Shown here piece by piece: positions 19,664 through 27,792 of a DNA stretch of 61,779 nucleotides. The notes under the pieces were generated by a model. That model saw only the letters and a list, made by a program, of their open reading frames with translations, did not search any database and was not told the DNA's origin. The position numbers were made by a program, and so were the translations under genes. The stretch is from IMG/VR virus record IMGVR_UViG_3300025030_000017, positions 1 to 61,779 of that record, one strand, 5' to 3'. How positions within the stretch are numbered: position 1 is the stretch's first letter; the number at the start of each line of letters is the position of its first letter. Source of the DNA: a virus (Duplodnaviria > Caudoviricetes).

Positions 19664-20199
19664 TACTTCCTCCTTTTGGTTGTCTTCTCAAGAGACGCAA
19701 GACGTATTGCGTCGATGACTTCTCTTTGCGGCACGATCAGGTTGATATCGATCTCTTCGAGGGCAAGAGCGATTCTGCTGAGTCCGTAAGCGTCTGCCTG
19801 GTTATTGTCTACCGGTGTCCATTCCCAACGCTTGTAGACGTGCATCATCACTTCGTCCTTAATGCCAACGCCCTTCCCGGTGACGAACTTCTTTAACTGT
19901 GAAGGCGGTATCAGTTGGAAGCGAAAGTCATTGCGGAACAAAAGCAGCTTGATGACTCCCCCAAGCTCCCCAATGGAAGCAAGTTGACCGGCGCGACTCC
20001 CCATGCTGTAGCCTTCGATGCAGGTCAGGGACGGGTTGTGCTTGGAAACGATTGTCCCGATCATTGACCGGATGTAGGCGAGTCTTTCCATGTCGCGCAA
20101 CTTGGAAGAAACCGTAATGTGTTCCGCTACCGTCCCGTCATAGTTTAGGACGACGACTCCTGTGCCGGTCAAGGACAAGTCCAGTCCCATGACTTTCAC
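19663..20199 (-). CDS. ruvC: RuvC-like Holliday junction resolvase
   Basis: MGLDLSLTGTG, CIEGY, LKKFVTGKG, DNNQADAY catalytic motifs. Confidence 0.92.
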   Translation of the reverse strand: MKVMGLDLSLTGTGVVVLNYDGTVAEHITVSSKLRDMERLAYIRSMIGTIVSKHNPSLTCIEGYSMGSRAGQLASIGELGGVIKLLLFRNDFRFQLIPPSQLKKFVTGKGVGIKDEVMMHVYKRWEWTPVDNNQADAYGLSRIALALEEIDINLIVPQREVIDAIRLASLEKTTKRRK

Positions 20200-20840
20200 A
20201 GCGCATCCTCCTGCTCTGCGATTTCAGGCGGGTCAGGCCACTCTTTGTCATCATCCTCTTTGGGAGAAAAGAGATCCCTGACGTTACTGACCGACTGTTC
20301 AGCGGCAAAGTTAAAATCGGTCTGCAACTCTTCAGCGGTCAGGGTGACGGTTTCGACTTCCTCGTAAGTGTCACAACGGATGATCCTCTTGACACCGTGC
20401 GGTACGTCGAACTCAGCGTAGCACTGCACGTCGCGTTGTTCGCAGCCGGCCTGGACGATTTCAGCAATCTCGACGTATTTTTTTTCAGTGGTATCAATTA
20501 ACGATTTTGCTGCCTTGTCATACGCTTTCTTGTCGAGTTTCGCCTTTGTCCAGATGCTGATGAGGCGCGACATCTCTTCACCGTTCTCCGACAGTTCTTC
20601 CTGGGACAGCTTGACGGGAAGTTTACGGGTGAACGGTTTTGACGTGTTGCCGGCCGAGACGGCTTCTGTCGTTTCGGGGATTGAGTTGGAATGATCGGCA
20701 AGACCATTGACTTCGTTCGTCTCGTCTCCTGCGGTAAAGCTGGTAATGGGTCCGAAGCAGTCGAATTCTCTGCTCTCGCCGCCTTCCTGGGTGCAATCCG
20801 ACCCGGCTTCTTTGCACGTTTCCAGTCTTTCACATTGCAT
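20196..20840 (-). CDS. Hypothetical phage protein with coiled coil
   Basis: 214-aa ORF, GGAGGT RBS. Confidence 0.7.
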   Translation of the reverse strand: MQCERLETCKEAGSDCTQEGGESREFDCFGPITSFTAGDETNEVNGLADHSNSIPETTEAVSAGNTSKPFTRKLPVKLSQEELSENGEEMSRLISIWTKAKLDKKAYDKAAKSLIDTTEKKYVEIAEIVQAGCEQRDVQCYAEFDVPHGVKRIIRCDTYEEVETVTLTAEELQTDFNFAAEQSVSNVRDLFSPKEDDDKEWPDPPEIAEQEDAL

Positions 20841-20868
20841 TTGCTACCTCCTTTGATTGTGCTGCAAG

Positions 20869-21789
20869 TTATTCAAAAAGACCGCTGGCTTCCTTTTCTT
20901 CTTTCGTGCCAAACTCAGCTACTTCAGCTCTGCGGATCTCGGCTTCTTCTTCGGGGGAGATGGTGGTTTCGCCGGTATCGGTGAATTGTGCATCGTCTGC
21001 ATCTCTGAATCGATCCATGACTTTCTCAGCGCGGTTAGCGATAGAGGTTTTGGCGTCCATTAACCCTTCATGCTCGTTCAAGACTTGTACCGCCTCACTC
21101 ATACGGTCGGTTTGTGGAAGCAGTTTGTATGCGTGTTTGACCAGTGTTTTAAGACACATTTCGTCAGGATGAGTTCTCCACGGTGTTTTATCACCGCTGG
21201 TCATACTGGTGTCCATTGCTTTTTTGAGTTTCCACTTTGGCAACGGCTCGGTAATGATCTTGACTCCATTGTGGAGAGTGGCGACAACATACCCACAGAC
21301 AACGTAATCCCAAAACTTTGAAGGCCCAGCGCAAAAATCTGGTGGAGGGTTCATGTTCTTTTCGTAAGTGATGTTCATGTTGCCGTCAATCTCTACGCAG
21401 GAAAACTTATCAAAGGAATAGACAAGCCTTGGCGCAATGTGTGTGACGCTACCACTGTCCATTGCTATGCCGGCAAGTCCGATATAGGACATATCGAGAC
21501 AACACAGCATGACGCCATTGACTTTCCTTGGGACAAGGTAGGCTTTTTTAAGCGCCGGGTTAAGTGATGTCCCGCAAAGTGCGACGTTGGCGATGGCGTT
21601 TTTGATTGAGTCTGCACCGGCAGGCGTTTCACAGACCTTTTGCAGATAACTACTGCCGCGTAAAATCTGGAGGGCAAAGCCAATCTCTTTCATCCACGTT
21701 TCTTCCCCGGCAACTTTGGCAAAAAGATCATGAGCCGACAATGCCATCATTTCAAACTTAGGTTTTTGTGCTGGTACGTTTTCAGCCAT
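20869..21789 (-). CDS. recT: RecT-family single-strand annealing protein
   Basis: SLNPxxxxAYLVPR, SYIGL, PWxTHxDEMCLKTLVKHAYKLLP. Confidence 0.92.
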   Translation of the reverse strand: MAENVPAQKPKFEMMALSAHDLFAKVAGEETWMKEIGFALQILRGSSYLQKVCETPAGADSIKNAIANVALCGTSLNPALKKAYLVPRKVNGVMLCCLDMSYIGLAGIAMDSGSVTHIAPRLVYSFDKFSCVEIDGNMNITYEKNMNPPPDFCAGPSKFWDYVVCGYVVATLHNGVKIITEPLPKWKLKKAMDTSMTSGDKTPWRTHPDEMCLKTLVKHAYKLLPQTDRMSEAVQVLNEHEGLMDAKTSIANRAEKVMDRFRDADDAQFTDTGETTISPEEEAEIRRAEVAEFGTKEEKEASGLFE

Positions 21790-21833
21790 TGTATTTCTCC
21801 TTATGGTAATGCTCAGATTAATGCTTAGAATGC

Positions 21834-22115
21834 TCAGATTATGTTATCAGGTGTTTCAAATCCCCCTACCGTATCAACTGCCTCCTTAACATGCTGCTTC
21901 AAGGGAAGTTCAGGGATGCGTTTCGACCCGGTGGGTAGGACTTCGATTTCGAGTTCTTTTTCTTCATCGATGGACAAGACGGTTTTGCTATCCACCCAAT
22001 CTTCTTTTATGAAAGCAACGGTATCCAGTAATTTACACAAAATCCCGATCTCTTCCGCAGCAAGGTCTTTAGTCAAAAGTGTGACGTTATACGATGCCTT
22101 AATCAAAAGTCTCAT
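21834..22115 (-). CDS. Hypothetical protein
   Basis: 93-aa ORF in the operon. Confidence 0.55.
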   Translation of the reverse strand: MRLLIKASYNVTLLTKDLAAEEIGILCKLLDTVAFIKEDWVDSKTVLSIDEEKELEIEVLPTGSKRIPELPLKQHVKEAVDTVGGFETPDNII

Positions 22116-22249
22116 TCTGACCCCCTGTCTCGTAATTTAATATCCTTCTTGTCCATCCTGTCACTGCACTCGTCGCAAGCTATGAACCAGGTACAGCCGC
22201 AGTCTCGGTTGTAACCGAATAGTCTCTTGAGGAAGGCTAGCATAATGAG

Positions 22250-22468
22250 TCATCCTTTCCCGTTGCCATCGAACTTCTCGACTACTTCCCAAAGATGTTG
22301 TGGGTCAGGGACAAAGCACATGGCAACTCGTAAATCAAACCCGCTTTGCATTCCGTAACCCTCATGTATCTGGTTGTGTACTACGTCTTCATACGCCTTG
22401 ACAAGCCAGCCACCAAATATCTTGGCGCGTTGGTGATAATTGTCGATTTGTTCCCAAGTTAAAGCCAT
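22250..22468 (-). CDS. Hypothetical phage protein
   Basis: RAKIFGGWLV...MCFVPDPQHLW pattern. Confidence 0.7.
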   Translation of the reverse strand: MALTWEQIDNYHQRAKIFGGWLVKAYEDVVHNQIHEGYGMQSGFDLRVAMCFVPDPQHLWEVVEKFDGNGKG

Positions 22469-22469
22469 G

Positions 22470-22673
22470 TCAGTGTTTCTCCGCAAGGTGCAATCTACCG
22501 GCCTTAATCGTCTTGTCGAGTTGACGCACCGACCAGTTTTCGATGAACTTGGCGGGTACTACGTGGTAGCCCTTGAATCCACCGGGAATGCAAAAGTTAG
22601 CCTGCGCTAGAATGTAGGCTATCGCATCTATTAACTTGTCAATCTGCTGGCCCTTGCGGTACGTTCTCGACAT
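22470..22673 (-). CDS. Hypothetical protein
   Basis: GGAGG RBS, packed in the operon. Confidence 0.55.
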   Translation of the reverse strand: MSRTYRKGQQIDKLIDAIAYILAQANFCIPGGFKGYHVVPAKFIENWSVRQLDKTIKAGRLHLAEKH

Positions 22674-22986
22674 TTTCAGCCTCCTTGAGTGCATTGTGTA
22701 ATCTCAATAAAGCATTAAATGATACCTGTGCTAAGTGGTAGACCGTTACTCCGTACTTCTCAAGAAGTTCCTGGTCGATTGCAAGCGGATCGATCTGACT
22801 TGCTTTGGTATGTCTCATTTGCCCGTCATAGAAGCGTCTGGATGCATCCTCAAACGGCAAGAGACAGTTGAATATCTCGTACTTCAATTCGCCGGCTGCA
22901 AAGACATCTGCCAACGGTTCCAAGACTTCCAGCGGCATCGCAAACCAGGGCTGCTTTCCTTGGTCAAATTTCATCCCTCCACTCAT
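22639..22986 (-). CDS. dATP/dGTP diphosphohydrolase domain protein (DUF5664-like)
   Basis: GMKFDQGK, VFAAGELKY, QMRH, DQE...HLAQ motifs. Confidence 0.75.
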   Translation of the reverse strand: MSGGMKFDQGKQPWFAMPLEVLEPLADVFAAGELKYEIFNCLLPFEDASRRFYDGQMRHTKASQIDPLAIDQELLEKYGVTVYHLAQVSFNALLRLHNALKEAENVENVPQGPAD

Positions 22987-23207
22987 TCTGCCCGTTCCTC
23001 CCATATCTTTTCCTCGATCAGTTCAAGCGCCTTGTCACTCAGCATTTCGTAAATATCAGTGCCATTGACGATGACTTGTTCAATCAAGGCAAACTCTTCC
23101 TCGTCAGGCTCGATCTTGATGCCGTCTACAGTGCGACCTTTTGAGGCAGGGGTGTAGTCATAGTGGACTTCCATTTCGATGCCGTGAAGGGTGATGAGGA
23201 CTTCCAT
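22983..23207 (-). CDS. Acidic hypothetical protein
   Basis: AGGAG RBS, 74 aa. Confidence 0.7.
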   Translation of the reverse strand: MEVLITLHGIEMEVHYDYTPASKGRTVDGIKIEPDEEEFALIEQVIVNGTDIYEMLSDKALELIEEKIWEERAE

Positions 23208-23217
23208 GTTTGGCTCC

Positions 23218-23580
23218 TTACTCTGTACTATTTCTAATGATTTTAAGCACTACCTCGCAAATTGCTTCGTGGATGGTTTTACCTACTCCAAAGAAAGCAA
23301 GGCCGGATTCGTAATGTTTTGGGCTTACCTCAATGCGCTCCCATAATTCGAGATGCCACATATCGTCATATTTGCGTTCCAGCAGTGGGAAATAATCTTT
23401 TGTTACCAGAGCAGGTAAGAGTGCAATAGCGTGGGAATCTAGCAATGTGAAATCACCGTTTACCCTGTATCTGTTAGAGTCAGTAGACTCCATTTTTGCG
23501 TACATGCAATCATTTTGCTGGCTAATATGAACGTCTGTCCATCCGAGCCATTCCGCTATTTTTATGTTATCCGTGTCCAT
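23218..23580 (-). CDS. Hypothetical protein
   Basis: GGAGG RBS; NIKIAEWLGW N-terminus. Confidence 0.65.
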   Translation of the reverse strand: MDTDNIKIAEWLGWTDVHISQQNDCMYAKMESTDSNRYRVNGDFTLLDSHAIALLPALVTKDYFPLLERKYDDMWHLELWERIEVSPKHYESGLAFFGVGKTIHEAICEVVLKIIRNSTE

Positions 23581-23593
23581 TGTGCCTCCTTTT

Positions 23594-23640
23594 TTATAAC
23601 TCACGCTTCACCCGACGAGCGGGTGAGCTTGGTGTTATCC
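23594..23640 (+). mobile_element. attC-like site (47 bp)
   Basis: R'' TTATAAC, L'' GCTTCAC, CCG-ACGAG-CGG, L' GTGAGC, R' GTTATCC; L'' has one unpaired extra base. Confidence 0.7.
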
Positions 23641-24006
23641 CTGATGGTGCATCCACCGTTTAACCTTCTTGTGTTTTTTGCTCCGGCACAGTTCCAAGAT
23701 AAACCCGCTAATATCATGAGACTCCACCAGCAGTTGAATCCCGCAATAGACATGGCCAAGTTCTTTAGCCAGCAGAGCACGGTTACTGGTCTTTTCGGGG
23801 TCATCAGGATGATAGCTCTGATACCCGTGCCGCAGAATTTTACCGATGATCTGCTGCGCTTCAGCCATTTCTTCCATCACAAATGCAAGCCGTTCCGCCT
23901 CCGCAGGTGTCAGCCGATTAAAAGGGATAACCAGTGAATCGACCGGTGTTCCATCCTTGTCGCACTGGCAATTGAAAGTTGATGTATCTACCGTTGATTT
24001 ACACAT
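23635..24006 (-). CDS. MazG-like nucleotide pyrophosphohydrolase
   Basis: EEMAEAQQIIGKILRHG...ELGHV acidic helical motif. Confidence 0.7.
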   Translation of the reverse strand: MCKSTVDTSTFNCQCDKDGTPVDSLVIPFNRLTPAEAERLAFVMEEMAEAQQIIGKILRHGYQSYHPDDPEKTSNRALLAKELGHVYCGIQLLVESHDISGFILELCRSKKHKKVKRWMHHQG

Positions 24007-24042
24007 TTGTTTTCTCCCCGGTCATTCACAGACCCGTTATAC
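23925..24042 (+). mobile_element. attC-like site (118 bp) overlapping the start of the MazG-like gene
   Basis: R'' GGATAAC, CAGTG, AATCGACCGG ... CCGGTCATT, R' GTTATAC; R'' is the exact complement of R' GTTATCC at 23634. Confidence 0.6.
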
Positions 24043-24113
24043 TACCCAAGACGGAACATCAAACTCATGGTAAAAATCACAGTCGTTTTTGATTATCAAT
24101 GTGCCGTCGCAGG

Positions 24114-25016
24114 TCACGCAGCCCTCAAACTGTAAGGTGTCTGGGCGACCTCAATCATATCCTGTGGAGCTAATTGCTTAAAACTGCCGCAGGATTTCAG
24201 ACCAAGCATTTGCGCCATACTAATAGTATCCAGTGGCACCTTATACTTGGGGAAGTGATCGGCTTGCCGGCATTCATGAATCAGGAAGATGGTGGTTCGC
24301 GCCAAGCGCATTGACTTTTCCATGTATTCATCATCCATTGCTACAATCCGCACTTCAGGTGGGTCCCCAAAGTTAAAAGCCACAAAAGCGAAGCCAAGTA
24401 CGTCCATGCCGTTAATCAAGGCACCATTGGTATAATGTCCACCCTGAAGGAAGTATCTTAGTTTTTCTATCTGATTGTGAAAATTATCCAGTCTTGCACA
24501 CTTTTTTAGATCGAAGATCGTTTTGTAACTGGGGTCCGGATAATGGTCGAGTCGGCCTTTGCATGCCAAGCCAGTATCAGGGTCATTCCAGAATAAAGAA
24601 AGCTGCTGATCGCCCTGGCGAAAGATGATTTTAGTCATGGGATGTTCACGGTATAGAAAGTTGTCAACATCCGTGATTGCCTTCAGTGTAGGGATTTTCT
24701 TTGTGGTGACGGTTGCCGGCAAGATCGTCTTGCCTTTACCCTGCATTGACTCAATAAACTCGTCCCGCTCCTTGCGCCTGGCCGGACTTCTCATATCCCC
24801 GAAGTCAGGCATGATGATAAAGTTCTGGTGAAAATGTTCCGGCCCGTAAAGCGTAAAGGAATCCTGTGCGCTACCGAGTTCCATATCTTCGCTCACCTCC
24901 ACCGGGTCAAGAACGGATGCAGGGCAATCGTGGAACCGTTTCAAGGGGCTGGACCCAAGCGCATTGAGAGCGTGGTATTGTTTTTCAGGCATGCCAGAAA
25001 TGATTTCAGCGCCCAT
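24114..25016 (-). CDS. RecE/ExoVIII-like PD-(D/E)XK exonuclease (DUF3799-like)
   Basis: YHAxxALGSSxLK, CKGRLD, IFDLK, YFLQGGHY; in the same operon as RecT. Confidence 0.85.
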   Translation of the reverse strand: MGAEIISGMPEKQYHALNALGSSPLKRFHDCPASVLDPVEVSEDMELGSAQDSFTLYGPEHFHQNFIIMPDFGDMRSPARRKERDEFIESMQGKGKTILPATVTTKKIPTLKAITDVDNFLYREHPMTKIIFRQGDQQLSLFWNDPDTGLACKGRLDHYPDPSYKTIFDLKKCARLDNFHNQIEKLRYFLQGGHYTNGALINGMDVLGFAFVAFNFGDPPEVRIVAMDDEYMEKSMRLARTTIFLIHECRQADHFPKYKVPLDTISMAQMLGLKSCGSFKQLAPQDMIEVAQTPYSLRAA

Positions 25017-25689
25017 AACAACTCCTGTCTTTTTTGCGTTGGACTTTTTCTCCGTATTTCCACTTATACCCACTAGTTTGGAAAAGCTTCCCTTGGCAAA
25101 CTTGAGTTATAGATGATTGATGGCAACCGGAAACGAGTGCCGCCTCTTTAGTTGAATCGAATCGTTGCAATTCTTTTCCTTCGAGATCGCACATAATGAC
25201 TTGTGTTCTACGTGTTTTTATCAGTTCAGAACGACCTTTCAACTTATTGTCCGCCCAAGTCATTAATTGCAGATTGTCTAAAGTGTATGGTTTTGTACAA
25301 TCTTTCCTATCAAAGCTAGGTCTTAGATTGGTGTCGTATCCAGATGCAACCCAAGAATCGTACAGAGAATTAAACACCGGGCAATCCATAAACAGTTCAT
25401 GCAATATTGCTAAAGAATAATTAGGCATAGGGTGCCCACGTTTGACACTCATTTCTCGTTGGTGGTTATGGGCTACCGTTAAAACACCTTTCTTGGTCTT
25501 TTTGTACGTTCTTAACCCTCCTTTCCACATTGGATGGTTTACGCCTTTAGAGTTGTGCCCTAGTATGTAATTTATGTGTTGGCCTTTTATCCACCCTTTT
25601 ATTTTGTTATTTCTAGTTGCGATCCGTGTTGTCCCACCACACCCGCATTGGCAATAACCTTCTGCAATTTCCAACTTGAGCGATTTCAT
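25006..25689 (-). CDS. Free-standing HNH-type endonuclease with C-terminal NUMOD1-like DNA-binding domain
   Basis: N-terminal CQCGCG, PSFDRKDxxKPYTLDNLQLMTWADN, FDSTKEAA...SITQVC...GYKWKY. Confidence 0.8.
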   Translation of the reverse strand: MKSLKLEIAEGYCQCGCGGTTRIATRNNKIKGWIKGQHINYILGHNSKGVNHPMWKGGLRTYKKTKKGVLTVAHNHQREMSVKRGHPMPNYSLAILHELFMDCPVFNSLYDSWVASGYDTNLRPSFDRKDCTKPYTLDNLQLMTWADNKLKGRSELIKTRRTQVIMCDLEGKELQRFDSTKEAALVSGCHQSSITQVCQGKLFQTSGYKWKYGEKVQRKKDRSCYGR

Positions 25690-25868
25690 TGCAAGTCCTT
25701 TACCTGTACATGAAGTGCCTTGGCTATTGCTTTAGCATTGTTTAAGTGAACGCCCTTGCCGGACTCGATTCGGTTGATAGTCCGACCCGTCAGCCCCGTT
25801 TTTGCGGCCAACTGCTCTTGGGATAAATTGTTCTGCTTTCTTAATTCTGCGAGTTTGGTCAGTACCAT
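25686..25868 (-). CDS. Cro/XRE-type helix-turn-helix regulator
   Basis: LAELRKQNNLSQEQLAAKTGLTGRTINRIESG; AGGAGG RBS. Confidence 0.9.
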   Translation of the reverse strand: MVLTKLAELRKQNNLSQEQLAAKTGLTGRTINRIESGKGVHLNNAKAIAKALHVQVKDLQ

Positions 25869-25888
25869 TGTTTTCCTCCTGTGATGCG

Positions 25889-25917
25889 AAATTATCAACA
25901 TTGAGATTATATGTCAA
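25889..25917 (-). promoter_or_regulatory. Leftward sigma70 promoter with overlapping imperfect palindrome
   Basis: TTGACA-17-TAATTT; AATTATCAA-CAT-TGAGATT overlaps the spacer and -10. Confidence 0.6.
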
Positions 25918-25940
25918 GAAAAATTTATGTAAATATCCCC

Positions 25941-26080
25941 TTGCAATTTTATTTTTTCGGGTTTATGGTAGCGCCATGTTCAGCCAACAGGAAACATCAA
26001 TGGGAGGTGTCACATGCAACCAGGGGGGGGAAAGCCCTCCGCAACAGGGGAAGGGCGGATAACAACTATCGCCCTTTTTC
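25941..26080 (+). ncRNA. Candidate short sRNA or leader transcript
   Basis: TTGCAA-17-TATGGT promoter; terminator AAGGGCGGATA...TATCGCCCTTTTT about 100 nt downstream. Confidence 0.35.
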
Positions 26081-26093
26081 TGCAAAATCTTAC

Positions 26094-26240
26094 TTGACAT
26101 TAATTATTTTTCTGCTACCTTGCGGCAAAATTGAATATCAACCGCTGGTCGAGAGCGTGTTAAAACTTGGTGATGGCTCCTAGTTGAGCCAGATCCCGTA
26201 AGCCTGTCAGGATGCTCGACCCATCTTGGCAGGCTTTCGT
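26094..26240 (+). promoter_or_regulatory. Promoter and structured leader of the replication operon
   Basis: TTGACA-16-TACCTT (TG extended); hairpins with complementary loops GGTCGAG (26147-26153) and CTCGACC (26215-26221). Confidence 0.6.
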
Positions 26241-26270
26241 TATTTCAGCCGATGGCAAAAAGGGATGGGA

Positions 26271-27113
26271 ATGGGGCCACAATGCGAAGATGGCTATACC
26301 AAAATTGCTAATGAGCTGCTTGAAGCTTTGTGCCGTTTTAGAATATCTGGAGAATCAATGCAGGTTTTTTTGACAATTTTACGCAAGACTTATGGTTTTG
26401 GTAAGAAGTCCGACATGATCGCTTTGAGCCAATTTGCAGAAGCAACCGGCATTGGAAAGCCAAATGTAGTAAGGGCGCTCAGACAACTGTCTACTCTCAA
26501 CCTGATATTGGTTGAAAAGGGTTCGGTCATATCTTACGGGATTAACAAACACCATGAAACCTGGATCAGGGAAAAGCGAGAAAAAATACGTCCGTCTTTA
26601 CCTAAACCTGTTATCAAAATTGATAACGATATTGTCAAAAACGATAACGATAGCGTTATCAAAATTGACAACGCGTCGTTGTCAGAAACGATAATAAACG
26701 TTATCGAAATTGATAACAAACCGTTGTCAAAATTGACACCCACAAAAGAAAGGAAAGAAAAGAAAGAAACTACTACAAAAGAAAAAGTAAATCTTCTTGA
26801 AATATGTGAAGCATGGAAAGCGTTTGTGGAAATGCGTAAATCAATCAAGAAGCAGATGACTGAATATGCCATGCGTCTCAGAGTTAAAGAACTATTCCGT
26901 TTATACGAACAGGGATACGACCCCATAGAAGTTTTAAATCAATCTACCGCTAGTAATTATCAAGATTTATACCCAACAAAGGAGAAGACAAATGGACGCC
27001 GAGACGAAGGAACTGGAACTCCAAAAGAAAATCAAAGAAGGCCAGGATTTATTGAAGCAAACGGCCCTGACGCTGATTGGCTCGGAACTGGCCAACAACC
27101 CCCCCTCTTGTGA
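26271..27113 (+). CDS. Lambda O-like replication initiator
   Basis: EDGYTKIANELLEAL...ILRKTYGFGKKSDMIALSQFAEATG; internal iterons. Confidence 0.92.
   Translation: MGPQCEDGYTKIANELLEALCRFRISGESMQVFLTILRKTYGFGKKSDMIALSQFAEATGIGKPNVVRALRQLSTLNLILVEKGSVISYGINKHHETWIREKREKIRPSLPKPVIKIDNDIVKNDNDSVIKIDNASLSETIINVIEIDNKPLSKLTPTKERKEKKETTTKEKVNLLEICEAWKAFVEMRKSIKKQMTEYAMRLRVKELFRLYEQGYDPIEVLNQSTASNYQDLYPTKEKTNGRRDEGTGTPKENQRRPGFIEANGPDADWLGTGQQPPLL
26610..26790. repeat. Replication origin: six 18-bp palindromic iterons plus A-rich tract
   Basis: GTTRTCAAAATTGAYAAC-like copies at 26610, 26631, 26655, 26678, 26700, 26723, followed by a purine/A-rich strand-biased tract as in lambda ori. Confidence 0.88.
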
Positions 27114-27792
27114 CCGCTGTGGGGGGGAAATGTCGTGGAGCGGGAAACTGGATGGATGGTGCTGTGTAGCTTGCTATGAAAGACAGCAAGCTCACGAAGC
27201 GTCCCGCCTTGCAAAAGCCAGGAAGCGTATGCTGGAACAGTCTGGTATCGGGGAACGATTTATTGGCATGACTTTTAGCAATTACATTCCGGAGAATCTA
27301 GCTGCTGAAAAAATATTGGGAGCTTGTAAGGACTACGTTGACAAATTTAGTCCAGGGTCAGATTCGTATCTTATTTTTATAGGTTCGCCGGGTACTGGTA
27401 AAAATATGTTAGCCGCTATTATTGGGCAAGAAATTATCAAGAAAGATTTTCATGTGGTTCATACAACTGCAATCAAATGTGTGCGGCAAATAAAAGATTC
27501 TTGGCGTGGTAAGGAAAATTCTGAACAGGATGTTATAGATTCTTTTGTGAGGCCCGATTTGTTGATAATCGATGAGGTAGGTGTGCAGTTTGGTACGCCT
27601 ACAGAGCAGCTATTTCTTACTGAAATCATTAACGACAGATACGAGCGCAAAAAACCGATGATCCTTATTTCCAACTGTACGTTAAAGCAGTTGGAAGATT
27701 TAATGGGAGCGCGTGCTATAGACAGGTTCCATGAAAGCAATAGCCAGATATTTGTTTTTAACTGGAACAGCTACAGGCGCAAATCCAAATGA
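26992..27792 (+). CDS. dnaC: DnaC/IstB-like helicase loader ATPase
   Basis: Zn motif CDRC...CVAC, Walker A GSPGTGKN, LLIIDEVG, IINDRYE...ILISN. Confidence 0.9.
   Translation: MDAETKELELQKKIKEGQDLLKQTALTLIGSELANNPPSCDRCGGEMSWSGKLDGWCCVACYERQQAHEASRLAKARKRMLEQSGIGERFIGMTFSNYIPENLAAEKILGACKDYVDKFSPGSDSYLIFIGSPGTGKNMLAAIIGQEIIKKDFHVVHTTAIKCVRQIKDSWRGKENSEQDVIDSFVRPDLLIIDEVGVQFGTPTEQLFLTEIINDRYERKKPMILISNCTLKQLEDLMGARAIDRFHESNSQIFVFNWNSYRRKSK

Noticed and set aside
22639-24006. Modified-base (Z-DNA or deazaguanine) pathway
   Set aside because: DUF5664-like and MazG-like genes are present, but no PurZ, DpdA, queuosine-pathway or phage DNA polymerase gene is visible
26610-26740. CRISPR-like repeat array
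   Set aside because: Repeats are separated by only 3-6 nt and lie within the O gene; they are lambda-type iterons
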